From the NCBI GenBank assembly GCA_023267315.1, contig JAHFNN010000008.1, positions 1-38,670 of the forward strand: 38,670 nt of DNA, in the 5' to 3' direction. The position numbers and the translations under genes were made by a program. Under the pieces are notes generated by a model. That model searched no databases. It was not told where the DNA came from and saw only the letters and a list, made by a program, of their open reading frames with translations. Shown here piece by piece: positions 1 to 8,508 of the stretch (its first letter is position 1; each line of letters starts with the position of its first letter). This DNA comes from Candidatus Nomurabacteria bacterium. Lineage in GTDB: Bacteria > Patescibacteriota > Minisyncoccia > Phycocordibacterales > UBA9973.

Positions 1-1
1 C

Positions 2-1672
2 CAGCTTACTACAACATTAAATCTTCATGGCAACCAGCTCATTAATGGGCAAGATCTAAATGAAAACCTTACCGCGATATTTGATGCATTAATGAACAAA
101 CTCTTCAGTATGGGTGTAAATGCACTGTCGACTGATACCAAGGACACAACAGATCAATCAACTGGTGGACCAGGAGAAAATTCCAGCCAACTACCAACGA
201 CACCAGACGTGCAAAATGATTGGAGTACTTTGGGTGGTCAATATAAAGATTTTGACATCTTCCATGACATCGATAATTGTATTCCAAGCGACACGAATCT
301 AGCCCACATCAAAGCAAAAACAATAAATAATAGTACTGATGACTGTATGTTAAACCCACAACTCACTAGTGACACAGATACAAACCCCGACCGTATTGGT
401 GGTATATATGTACTCAACACAAATAATCAAAACAACAATAACGGGGGGCTTGATGAAGATGCAAACAATCCCCTCAATAAGCCAGGGCCAATTGAACTAT
501 CAATCAAATTTATAAACGCTATTGGTGATCCAAACAAAGGATACCGATCAACAACATTCCCTGGTACAAAATTTGATATCGGTAAACCATATGGAACAGT
601 GGTGCGAACAGGCGCAGGGCACGAAGCAAGTGATTTTAACGCAGCAAAAGGATTTGATGCATCAACAAACGACAGCACCCTTACAAAAACAGCATATGAC
701 CTTATCTACGAGTTGAAGCAACTTGATTACTGTATTCCAGGACCATCACAGGGATATGGTCAACCACTTCAAGAAAAAGTTCAAAAGCAAGAACAAGAGT
801 GGGAGAAGTACGTAGCTGAAAATAGCGGGATGTTCGATAGTATAAAATATCACTTTACATTCCCATTTATGGCAATCTTAGGTGGTACTATGTGCGTCCC
901 TGGAGGAGTATGGGATGGAGATCAGGCGTTACAACGTCTCGATAATCTAGTGAATCAATTCAACAACACAATCGCAACAACATATGATGTGAGAAGTGGG
1001 AACCTTCCATACATTACCAGTACAGCACTGGATAAAGTTTCTCAAATAGACCAATTGAATCTCCAAATAACAGATAACAACAACCAGGTTCAAGATTCAA
1101 AGAACAATCTAAATACCCTAAAATATTTGTCGAAGAATCTGGTAACACTACAAACAAGCTATCCAGATAAATATAAAAATATAACGAATGTAAATGATCC
1201 AAATTATTCACAAAGCCAACAAAATCCTGATTATGCAAAGAAGTTGAATGCATTGAAGGGAATGTTTCTCCGTATAAATCCAAACCTACCAACCAGTGCA
1301 GCTATCGATGACATTGTGGGTAACATAGAAATTCTGGGAAGTGATTTAAGTGTTGTAGCTGATAAAGATATAGGTATGATTAAGCAGTGCATTGAACAAG
1401 TGCGTGCAATTCCAACAGCATTACACGGACGTCAACCTTATCCAGGAATCAGTCCGATATACACGGACAAAAACCAGACTGGTATCGATGAAACAGGGGC
1501 AGGCTACGACAACACAAGCTTCCTTGAAACAACACGCCCAACTGATGGATTTGATATGACATATTACCCAACAGCAACAGGAGCGGTAAGTGATGATGGA
1601 GACGGCTGCCCAAGTGGCCCTCAAATTCAAACGAATTTCAACGGATTTGAACACTACTTTGGAATTTACTAG
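2..1672 (+). CDS. C-terminal part of a large N/T/D/Q-rich extracellular protein (5' end lies left of the window)
   Basis: The frame of ORF 92..1672 stays open back to nt 2 (cag ctt act aca ... with no stop), so the ATG at 92 is probably internal. No TM helix or catalytic motif was recognised. It has N-rich low complexity (NTNNQNNNNGG). It is co-directional with, and directly upstream of, the T4SS-like genes. Confidence 0.6.
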   Translation, partial: QLTTTLNLHGNQLINGQDLNENLTAIFDALMNKLFSMGVNALSTDTKDTTDQSTGGPGENSSQLPTTPDVQNDWSTLGGQYKDFDIFHDIDNCIPSDTNLAHIKAKTINNSTDDCMLNPQLTSDTDTNPDRIGGIYVLNTNNQNNNNGGLDEDANNPLNKPGPIELSIKFINAIGDPNKGYRSTTFPGTKFDIGKPYGTVVRTGAGHEASDFNAAKGFDASTNDSTLTKTAYDLIYELKQLDYCIPGPSQGYGQPLQEKVQKQEQEWEKYVAENSGMFDSIKYHFTFPFMAILGGTMCVPGGVWDGDQALQRLDNLVNQFNNTIATTYDVRSGNLPYITSTALDKVSQIDQLNLQITDNNNQVQDSKNNLNTLKYLSKNLVTLQTSYPDKYKNITNVNDPNYSQSQQNPDYAKKLNALKGMFLRINPNLPTSAAIDDIVGNIEILGSDLSVVADKDIGMIKQCIEQVRAIPTALHGRQPYPGISPIYTDKNQTGIDETGAGYDNTSFLETTRPTDGFDMTYYPTATGAVSDDGDGCPSGPQIQTNFNGFEHYFGIY

Positions 1673-1705
1673 TAGTGTGTAGAAAAAAAATAAATAATAA
1701 ATTGA

Positions 1706-1747
1706 GATATCCCCTCGCATCACTATAGTAGTGTGCGAGGGGATATC
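1706..1747. other. Near-perfect 19-bp inverted repeat (hairpin) in the gap before the VirB6-like gene
   Basis: GATATCCCCTCGCA(T)CACTA-TAG-TAGTGTGCGAGGGGATATC, with one bulged T. An A-rich run (1683-1700) lies on its left and there is no T-run on its right. TATAAT at 1749-1754 follows immediately. Confidence 0.7.
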
Positions 1748-1781
1748 GTATAATGGAAGTGCAACAGATAGCCACGCGGGT

Positions 1782-4217
1782 ATGTTCAAAAAGTTTATAC
1801 TCATCATCATCATACTGACAATGTGCTTCTCTCCCGTTATCGGGCCTATTGGACATGCAAAGGCTGCTCAAACAACTACTAATGATGCGCTGCGACAAGA
1901 AGCGGGATGTACAGACTTCAATTCCTCCAGCGTTTCGAACTGTTTAGTTGTTGTGGCGTATTATGCAATGTATGTTTTTCCTTCATGGTTGATGGGGATC
2001 ACTGCAAATTTATTTAACGGATTGATCGGTATTGCACTCAGTAGTCAGATGTACTCCAATTCCAAATTCATTGAGAATGCCTGGTCTATTGTTCGTGATT
2101 TTGCCAATTTGTTCCTCATTTTTATCCTCTTATTTATCGGAATCTCTATTATTCTGGGCCTACATATCGGAGGAGAAAGCCCAAAAAAAATGCTGGTATC
2201 CCTCATTATAATGGGGCTTTTAATAAACTTCAGTCTATTTTTCACCGAAGTGGTTATTGATACTTCAAATGTGTTAGGTCTCCTGTTTTACAACCAAATA
2301 ACAGCCACTGCAAACTATGAGCCTATTATCCAAAACAGCATCACGGGTATAGATGAAAAGGATGTGTCAGGATCAATGATCCAAGCATTTAAGCCGCAAG
2401 CATTTAACGATCCTACTTTTTATGCGAGCTTGCGCACTCTCGATAGCAAGGGGAACAACACCGTTGACCCATCTATTACATTTACCTTTATCATCATCGT
2501 GGGTATCATACTTTTAGTGGCAGCATGGACTTTTTTTGTTGCAGGTTTAAGTTTCTTAGGAAGATTAGTTGGTCTATGGATTGCTATTATATTTGCACCG
2601 TTTGCATTTGTTACCTATATAGTTCCGAGTCTTCGACATATTGAAGGTATTGGTTTTGATAATTGGTTATCCACATTGATTGAAACAGCTTTTGCCGCAC
2701 CAATTTTTATGTTTTTCATATACCTCATTAGTTTGATAACCAAAAACTCTTTCATAAGCAACTTTGATCCAACAAAGGAGACTACAATTTCTTTAAAAAT
2801 ATTATTCATCGTGATACCAATGATGATAATCATGATACTCCTTCTACAAGCACGAAAGTACGTCGAAAAAGCTTCTGGTCAACTCGGACAACTTGCAATT
2901 GCTGGTGGAAAATTAGCACTCGGTGCTGCTGGGGCGGTTGCATTTGGAACAGTTGCAAAGGCTGGAGTTCAGGGTATTGGAAGAATTGGTTCAAACATTG
3001 CCAATCGTCCTGCAATGGATAAACGTGATGGCGAAAGTAGAGCTGGATACTTCCTACGACGACAAGCCTCGTTATTGGGATACTACAAACCAGGAGGAAA
3101 TAAAGAGAAAGGTAGTGGTGCAGGAGACAAGGCAAGTACCCCACCTGCTGCTGGTGAAAAAACAAATACCGCACCAGAAGGCGAACACCAGATACCAATC
3201 AACGATGCAGCAATCCGCAATCTATACGGTCCGGCATCCTCAACCGCCGCTCCAGGTACTGCACTTAATTACTCATTTACTCCAGCACAACGTGCTCTAT
3301 TAATGGCAGATGGCAGACAGGTAACAGAGCCAGGAAGTTCAAGAGCAGGAGGCGGGCTTGGATCTGAAGCTGAAGCTATACGCCAGAGAAAACTTGCTGG
3401 TACAACCACCACAAATAATGCTGGGGCTCCACTACCAGGAACAGCATCTAACACAGGAGCACCTGGAGCCGCGGCACCAACAACAGCTGGCACAGCAGGA
3501 GGTGGTCATGGAGAGACAGGAGGCCATGGTGCTGGTACTACGAGTACAGGTAATCTCTCACTTAAAGACCGTGCAGCAATGGACAAAGGTCTTGCCATAC
3601 CTAAAATTAAGGCAATGCAGTGGCTATCAAAAAGTAGTTTTGATGTTCGCAATACCAAACTAATGGGCCTTCTATCAAAAGCAATGGGTGTGAATTTTGG
3701 TAAGGGAACTGCCGGCGGCTATGAGGCATGGAGAAACCGACAGGTAGCAAAGAAACAAAAATTTGCTGACTCGCTCAAGATGTCTCATGCCGAAAAAGCA
3801 TTACTTGATCGCACTAGACAAGAACTCAAAGACGAAGAAGAGAAAATCAGGCACGATATACAACACGCAGGAGATGTGGCAGGTAGAGATCAAAAGGATA
3901 TCGACAAAGATATTCGACGAGAACTTGCTACTAATAGTAAGGTTGTTGGTTTAAGGGGACAAGTCCACTCACAAGAAAAAGTGGAAAAAAACAGAGCAAG
4001 AAATTACGCAAATATTGTAGATGGTGGCTGGGGGGCAGGAAAATGGGCTCGATCTGCTGGATTTTATCAAGAACATCACCTTGAAGCTGGTAATAAAATA
4101 CGCTCTGGCGCACCAATTGATGCTGAGGCCTTGAAAAAAGTATTAGTGGGTGGTAGTAGTGGTGGAGGGGGTGGTCACGGAGGAGGCGGACATGGTGGCG
4201 GAGGAGGACATCACTAA
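1782..4217 (+). CDS. Polytopic membrane protein, VirB6/TrbL-like by architecture and context, with a long low-complexity tail ending in a Gly/His tract
   Basis: ATG 1782 gives the signal-like N-terminus MFKKFILIIIILTMCFSPVIGPIGHAKA. The ORF-track start at 1731 lies inside the 1706-1747 hairpin. At least six long hydrophobic helices occur in aa ~70-390 (FANLFLIFILLFIGISIILGL, WIAIIFAPFAFVTYIV, LKILFIVIPMMIIMILLL). The following ~430 aa are G/A/T/P-rich plus a charged segment and end GGGGGHGGGGHGGGGGHH. The family call rests on topology and neighbourhood, not on a diagnostic motif. Confidence 0.5.
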   Translation: MFKKFILIIIILTMCFSPVIGPIGHAKAAQTTTNDALRQEAGCTDFNSSSVSNCLVVVAYYAMYVFPSWLMGITANLFNGLIGIALSSQMYSNSKFIENAWSIVRDFANLFLIFILLFIGISIILGLHIGGESPKKMLVSLIIMGLLINFSLFFTEVVIDTSNVLGLLFYNQITATANYEPIIQNSITGIDEKDVSGSMIQAFKPQAFNDPTFYASLRTLDSKGNNTVDPSITFTFIIIVGIILLVAAWTFFVAGLSFLGRLVGLWIAIIFAPFAFVTYIVPSLRHIEGIGFDNWLSTLIETAFAAPIFMFFIYLISLITKNSFISNFDPTKETTISLKILFIVIPMMIIMILLLQARKYVEKASGQLGQLAIAGGKLALGAAGAVAFGTVAKAGVQGIGRIGSNIANRPAMDKRDGESRAGYFLRRQASLLGYYKPGGNKEKGSGAGDKASTPPAAGEKTNTAPEGEHQIPINDAAIRNLYGPASSTAAPGTALNYSFTPAQRALLMADGRQVTEPGSSRAGGGLGSEAEAIRQRKLAGTTTTNNAGAPLPGTASNTGAPGAAAPTTAGTAGGGHGETGGHGAGTTSTGNLSLKDRAAMDKGLAIPKIKAMQWLSKSSFDVRNTKLMGLLSKAMGVNFGKGTAGGYEAWRNRQVAKKQKFADSLKMSHAEKALLDRTRQELKDEEEKIRHDIQHAGDVAGRDQKDIDKDIRRELATNSKVVGLRGQVHSQEKVEKNRARNYANIVDGGWGAGKWARSAGFYQEHHLEAGNKIRSGAPIDAEALKKVLVGGSSGGGGGHGGGGHGGGGGHH

Positions 4218-4248
4218 TAGATAAGTAAGTGGTACACTTATATAACAC

Positions 4249-5316
4249 ATGGATGAAGAAACAAAAAAAATAATAGAAGAGCAATTCGAAAATATGCCTG
4301 AGGATGTTCGACAAGCACTTATCTCCACAAATTGGACAATTGAACTTTCGAATATCATCAAAAAGTATGGCTTACATGCCGATCAAGCGGATATTCTTTT
4401 TAAAGAAACCGTATTGATACTTTTCGGATTAGCTCATCCCGGTGACTATCAAACAGAACTCGAAGAGCGGCTAAAAATCCCATCAGAGCGCGCAATCGCT
4501 ATTGTAAATGATGTTAATGAACACATTATTTCCAAAATGCGACAATATTTAAAAGACGAGGAAGATGATGAAGAAGGAGAGAAAGTAGACCTCACCAACC
4601 AGAATCTCACTGACGAAGAAAAAGATGTGCTTGGACAATACAACGTGCTTCCCAAAAAAGTGCAGGATGCAATTAAATCAGAAAGCTTACCAAAAAAAAT
4701 TCAAGATGCAGGGATAAAAAATCAGATTCCATCATCACAATTTGGTGATATTGAAACAGAAGTATCCATGGTACTTTTAGGACTCGAAGTTCCCGATAAT
4801 CTTTATGTGAAGCTTATGGAGCGTATGAAAATACCTGAGGATAAAGCTCGCGCCCTCGCAAATGATTTGAGTGCAAGCATATTCGATCCAATCAAAGATT
4901 CTTTGAGTATTGCCACCTCACGAGAAAATGTTGTTTTTGAAAAAGAAGAAAATAAAGTGTTTGAAGACTCAGGTATTAGCATCATTAATGAGCAAGCGCC
5001 TGCACCACTTCCTCCAGAAAAACCAACTACACCACTACGATCGGGGATGGAGAAAACAATTCGAGATGATTTATTGGAAAAAATCGAACATCCACCAGCG
5101 ACACCTACATCAGGTATATCAATTATTCAAGCAAAATTACAAGGAAATTTTTCTCTCCCCTCCGAAAAACGCGAGTATGTTCTCAAAAACTTATCGCGCG
5201 GTGGAGCAAAGCCAGCAAGCACCCCTATACCACCGAGTCCTCAAGCGGCACCAGCACCTGCGCCGAATGCAGCACGATCATCAGATCCATACCACGAACA
5301 AATCATACCTGAATAA
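4249..5316 (+). CDS. Acidic cytoplasmic protein with an internally duplicated ~80-aa module and a Pro-rich C-terminus; function unknown
   Basis: No signal peptide or TM helix. Two modules share the pattern V(R/Q)xAI.S...E..(L/V)(L/I)L.GL..P.....L.ER(L/M)KIP...A.A..ND. A DEEDDEEGE linker lies between them. The C-terminus is PAPLPPEKP...PPSPQAAPAPAPN. Confidence 0.6.
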   Translation: MDEETKKIIEEQFENMPEDVRQALISTNWTIELSNIIKKYGLHADQADILFKETVLILFGLAHPGDYQTELEERLKIPSERAIAIVNDVNEHIISKMRQYLKDEEDDEEGEKVDLTNQNLTDEEKDVLGQYNVLPKKVQDAIKSESLPKKIQDAGIKNQIPSSQFGDIETEVSMVLLGLEVPDNLYVKLMERMKIPEDKARALANDLSASIFDPIKDSLSIATSRENVVFEKEENKVFEDSGISIINEQAPAPLPPEKPTTPLRSGMEKTIRDDLLEKIEHPPATPTSGISIIQAKLQGNFSLPSEKREYVLKNLSRGGAKPASTPIPPSPQAAPAPAPNAARSSDPYHEQIIPE

Positions 5317-5326
5317 TCTACATAAA

Positions 5327-5356
5327 ATACCATCAATACACATTGGTGGTATTTTG
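5327..5356 (+). terminator. Intrinsic terminator after the acidic-protein gene
   Basis: ATACCATCAAT-ACAC-ATTGGTGGTAT forms an 11-bp stem. Its single U-G pair is valid only on the plus strand. TTTT follows. Confidence 0.55.
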
Positions 5357-5392
5357 CTACAAGGTATTTTATTTATCGTGTATAATTAAAAC

Positions 5393-5800
5393 ATGCAGGC
5401 TCGTGTGCCACAATTTATCGACATACCCGATAAAATATTCGGTCCCTTCACATTCAAGCAATTCATCTATCTTGCTGGTGGTGGTGGTATTGCCTTTGTA
5501 TTATATAAAGCATTCCCATTTGTTGTCGCGGTAATTCCAATACTTATTGTTCTTACACTTTCAATAATGCTCACGTTCTATAAGATAAACAATCAATCAT
5601 TCATTGAAATACTTCAGGCTGCAATAAAATTTCAAACTCAAGGGAAACTCTATATTTGGAAAAAAAGTGGCAAGAAAAAAGCTCCAGTCACCGTCACTGC
5701 AAAAAAAGATGAGTCTATTGTTATACCACGACTTACCTCCAATAAACTTGATGATCTTTCATGGAGTTTGAACATTTTGGATTCGAATAGGGAACTATAA
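5393..5800 (+). CDS. PrgI-family (VirB3-like) small membrane protein of Gram-positive-type T4SS
   Basis: The N-terminus MQARVPQFIDIPDKIFGPFTFKQFIYLAGGGG is followed by two adjacent TM helices, which matches the PrgI family signature as I recall it. It sits immediately upstream of the VirB4-type genes. TATAAT 5381-5386 lies 6 nt before the ATG. Confidence 0.7.
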   Translation: MQARVPQFIDIPDKIFGPFTFKQFIYLAGGGGIAFVLYKAFPFVVAVIPILIVLTLSIMLTFYKINNQSFIEILQAAIKFQTQGKLYIWKKSGKKKAPVTVTAKKDESIVIPRLTSNKLDDLSWSLNILDSNREL

Positions 5801-5803
5801 TAT

Positions 5804-6484
5804 ATGTCAGTAAATGCAAAATCAACTCAAGAATTCGTGCCAATCAAGGAAGTACGCGACGGTGTCATACTTTTGAAAGATGGTGGCCTCCGTGCGGTAC
5901 TTCTTGCTACATCAATCAACTTGTCACTCAAGGCGTATGATGAACAGAAGGCGATCATTATGAATTTTGAATCGTTTTTAAATACACTCGATTTTTCAAC
6001 ACAAATTGTAATTCAGTCTCGTCGTCTTGATATTCGTCCGTACATTCAAGTTCTTGAAAACAGAAAGCGCGAACAGTTTGAGCCACTTTTAAAAATACAA
6101 ACACAGGAATATATTAATTTCATTAAGAAATTTACTGAGGATGTACACATTATGACGAAGAATTTCTATATTGTTGTTCCATATACTCAGGCGACACTTT
6201 CAACAAAAAAAGGGTTCATGAGTAGTATTTTCCCATTTCTCGGAAAGAAAAATGAAGCAGAAGCAAAACAAGAAGCAAAAGCTGATTTTGAAGAGAAGCG
6301 AATGGAATTGGAACAACGTATCTCTGTCATCTCACAAGGATTAAATCCAATTGGTGTTAAAATGAGAAAGCTTAAGTCTGATGAAGTGATCGAGCTCTTC
6401 TATAAGACATTCAATCCTGGAGAAATTAATACGCACATCAAACTTGAAGGGGAGCTCAATCAAGACAAAAAGACTGAGGGATAA
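5804..6484 (+). CDS. VirB4 N-terminal-domain-like protein (probable detached N-terminal segment of a PrgJ/TcpF/Orf16-type ATPase)
   Basis: STQEFVPIKEVRDGVILLKDGGLRAVLLATSINLSLKAYDEQKAIIMNFESFLNTLDF resembles the extreme N-terminus of Gram-positive VirB4 ATPases. There is no Walker motif. Its stop codon is 5 nt from the next ATG. Confidence 0.5.
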   Translation: MSVNAKSTQEFVPIKEVRDGVILLKDGGLRAVLLATSINLSLKAYDEQKAIIMNFESFLNTLDFSTQIVIQSRRLDIRPYIQVLENRKREQFEPLLKIQTQEYINFIKKFTEDVHIMTKNFYIVVPYTQATLSTKKGFMSSIFPFLGKKNEAEAKQEAKADFEEKRMELEQRISVISQGLNPIGVKMRKLKSDEVIELFYKTFNPGEINTHIKLEGELNQDKKTEG

Positions 6485-6489
6485 TATAT

Positions 6490-8442
6490 ATGAGTATTGT
6501 TGATACACTATTAGGAAAAAATAAAAAGGGTACGGCAAAAAATCCAATGATGCCAGTATTGCCGCAGGAAATTTACGATGCGGCAAATATGGAGCTCGTG
6601 GATGTTATCGCGCCATCTGCGCTAAAAGTAGAGCCGAAATCACTCAATCTGGGAGATAAAATTGCCCGCACGTTTTTTGTTATTTCATATCCATCGACCC
6701 TTACTGACAACTGGTTTTCACCGATTGTTAATCTCGATAAAGTCTTTGATGTATCAATATTTATTCATCCAATTGAAACAGCAAAGATACTCCGACAATT
6801 CCAGAAGAAAGTGGCTGAGGTACAAAGCCAGATCAGCACTCGTGAATCACGTGGACTCGTACGCGATCCGATGTTGGATAGTGCGTATCGAGACCTTGAA
6901 TCTCTTCGTGACAGCTTGATGCAGGTTCAACAGCGAATGTTTGATGTTGGACTCTATATCACCATCTATGCAGACCAGTCAAAAGATCTCTTTGAGACCG
7001 AAAATGAAATAAAGTCGATTCTTGAAGCAAAACAAGTATTCTTAAAACCAGCACTCTTCCAACAAGAAGAGGGTTTGAAAAGTGTCATTCCGACGGGAAC
7101 AGATATGTTGAATATCCATACAAAGATGAATTCAGAGCCACTATCACTCATTTTCCCATTCATCTCGTTTGACCTTACTTCGAATGACGGAATCCTCTAC
7201 GGAATCAATCGTCACAACTCAAGTCTAATTATCTTCGATCGTTTCTCACTTGAAAACTACAACTCAATTATCTTTGCAAAATCTGGATCGGGAAAATCAT
7301 ACACAACCAAATTAGAAATTATTCGTACACTCATGTTCGATACGGAAGTTATTGTGATCGACCCAGAACGCGAATATGAATACTTGGCAGAGGCTATTGG
7401 AGGGCGTTACTTCAATATTTCTCTTTCATCAGATAACCATATCAATCCATTTGACCTACCTCCACCAGCCGAAGATGAAACAGCCCAGGATGTATTGCGA
7501 TCAAAAATTATTACCTTGGTGGGACTCTTCCGTGTGCTTTTAGGTGGTCTCACTCCAGAAGAAGATGCAATTATCGACCGCGCCCTCTCAGAAACATATG
7601 CGATCAAAGACATCACTCCTGAATCTGATTTCACTAACATTGAGCCACCACTACTTTCAGATTTCGAAATGGTACTCTCTGGAATGGAGAACTCAGAATC
7701 ATTAATACAACGCCTATCGAAATTCACCCATGGATCATGGGCATCATTCATCAACCAGCCTTCGAATGTAGATATCAATCGAAAATTCGTCGTGTTTTCT
7801 ATTCGAGACATGGAAGAAGAGTTGAAGCCTGCTGCAATGTATATCATCACAAACTTCATCTGGACTGTCGTACGCAAGGACAGACGAAAGCGCCTGCTTG
7901 TTGTGGATGAGGCATGGTGGATGATGAAATCAGATGACACTGCGCAATTCCTTTACTCTATCGCAAAACGTGGCCGAAAATATTTCTTGGGACTCTGTAC
8001 GGTGACTCAAGACGTGGCAGACTTCATGAAAAACCAGTACGGTGCGGCAATCGTCACCAACTCATCACTCCAACTTCTATTAAAACAATCACCGGCCTCT
8101 ATCGACCTCCTGCAAAAGACGTTCAATCTCACTGATGAAGAAAAATATCTCCTATTGGAATGTGATCGAGGGGAGGGGATATTCTTTGCAGGACTAAAGC
8201 ACGTAGCGATACGCGTCGTCGCATCATACACCGAGGACCAAATCGTCACTTCAGACCCAGGTCAAATCCTCGCAAACAAAAAAGAAAAGGAAGCTTTTGC
8301 AAACGCGGAACAAATGCAGCGTAGTAAAGAAGGCTCACTTATTGAGGCTGGAAACACTCAACCCGTAGCACCTCAAAACACACCCAATCAAAATATCCCA
8401 GCACCAACAACACAAGAAAATCCTCCAGTGCAAGCTATATAG
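6490..8442 (+). CDS. virB4: VirB4/TrsE-family type IV secretion ATPase
   Basis: Walker A is FAKSGSGKSYTTK and Walker B is RLLVVDEAWWMM. The upstream VirB4-type segment is VIAPSALKVEPKSLNLGDKIARTFFVISYPSTLTDNWFSPI. Length is 650 aa. Confidence 0.9.
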   Translation: MSIVDTLLGKNKKGTAKNPMMPVLPQEIYDAANMELVDVIAPSALKVEPKSLNLGDKIARTFFVISYPSTLTDNWFSPIVNLDKVFDVSIFIHPIETAKILRQFQKKVAEVQSQISTRESRGLVRDPMLDSAYRDLESLRDSLMQVQQRMFDVGLYITIYADQSKDLFETENEIKSILEAKQVFLKPALFQQEEGLKSVIPTGTDMLNIHTKMNSEPLSLIFPFISFDLTSNDGILYGINRHNSSLIIFDRFSLENYNSIIFAKSGSGKSYTTKLEIIRTLMFDTEVIVIDPEREYEYLAEAIGGRYFNISLSSDNHINPFDLPPPAEDETAQDVLRSKIITLVGLFRVLLGGLTPEEDAIIDRALSETYAIKDITPESDFTNIEPPLLSDFEMVLSGMENSESLIQRLSKFTHGSWASFINQPSNVDINRKFVVFSIRDMEEELKPAAMYIITNFIWTVVRKDRRKRLLVVDEAWWMMKSDDTAQFLYSIAKRGRKYFLGLCTVTQDVADFMKNQYGAAIVTNSSLQLLLKQSPASIDLLQKTFNLTDEEKYLLLECDRGEGIFFAGLKHVAIRVVASYTEDQIVTSDPGQILANKKEKEAFANAEQMQRSKEGSLIEAGNTQPVAPQNTPNQNIPAPTTQENPPVQAI

Positions 8443-8492
8443 AATACCGCCTTTGGTATTCCCCACGATACTCAATTAAATTTTTTGTTGCG

Positions 8493-8501
8493 TGATATAA
8501 T
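8493..8501 (+). promoter_or_regulatory. Extended -10 promoter element (TGaTATAAT), 7 nt upstream of ATG 8509
   Basis: The sequence tgatataat spans 8493-8501, followed by atactca and then the ATG. No SD is present. Confidence 0.45.
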
Positions 8502-8508
8502 ATACTCA

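Noticed and set aside
1731-1781. N-terminal extensions proposed by the ORF track (1731, 8485, 17538, 20412, 22722, 27195, 34986)
   Set aside because: Several use TTG. Others lie inside a hairpin (1731) or upstream of the mapped -10/-35 elements (8485, 27195, 34986). The downstream ATGs give canonical N-termini or signal peptides.
2183-2190. Homopolymer tracts (A8 at 2183-2190, T8 at 8545-8552, other A7-A8 runs) as phase-variation switches in envelope genes
   Set aside because: Such runs are expected by chance in an AT-rich genome. There is no evidence of length variation from a single sequence.
2830-3663. Several 74-126-aa ORFs on both strands within the VirB6-like gene tail (2830..3198-, 2923..3303+, 3269..3493-, 3358..3663+)
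   Set aside because: They lie inside the GC-richer low-complexity coding region of the 1782..4217 gene. Stop-poor alternative frames are expected there, and they have no independent start context.
7407-7940. 177-aa minus-strand ORF inside virB4
   Set aside because: It is antisense to a conserved ATPase domain with clear Walker motifs, has Ser-rich shadow-frame composition and no signals.
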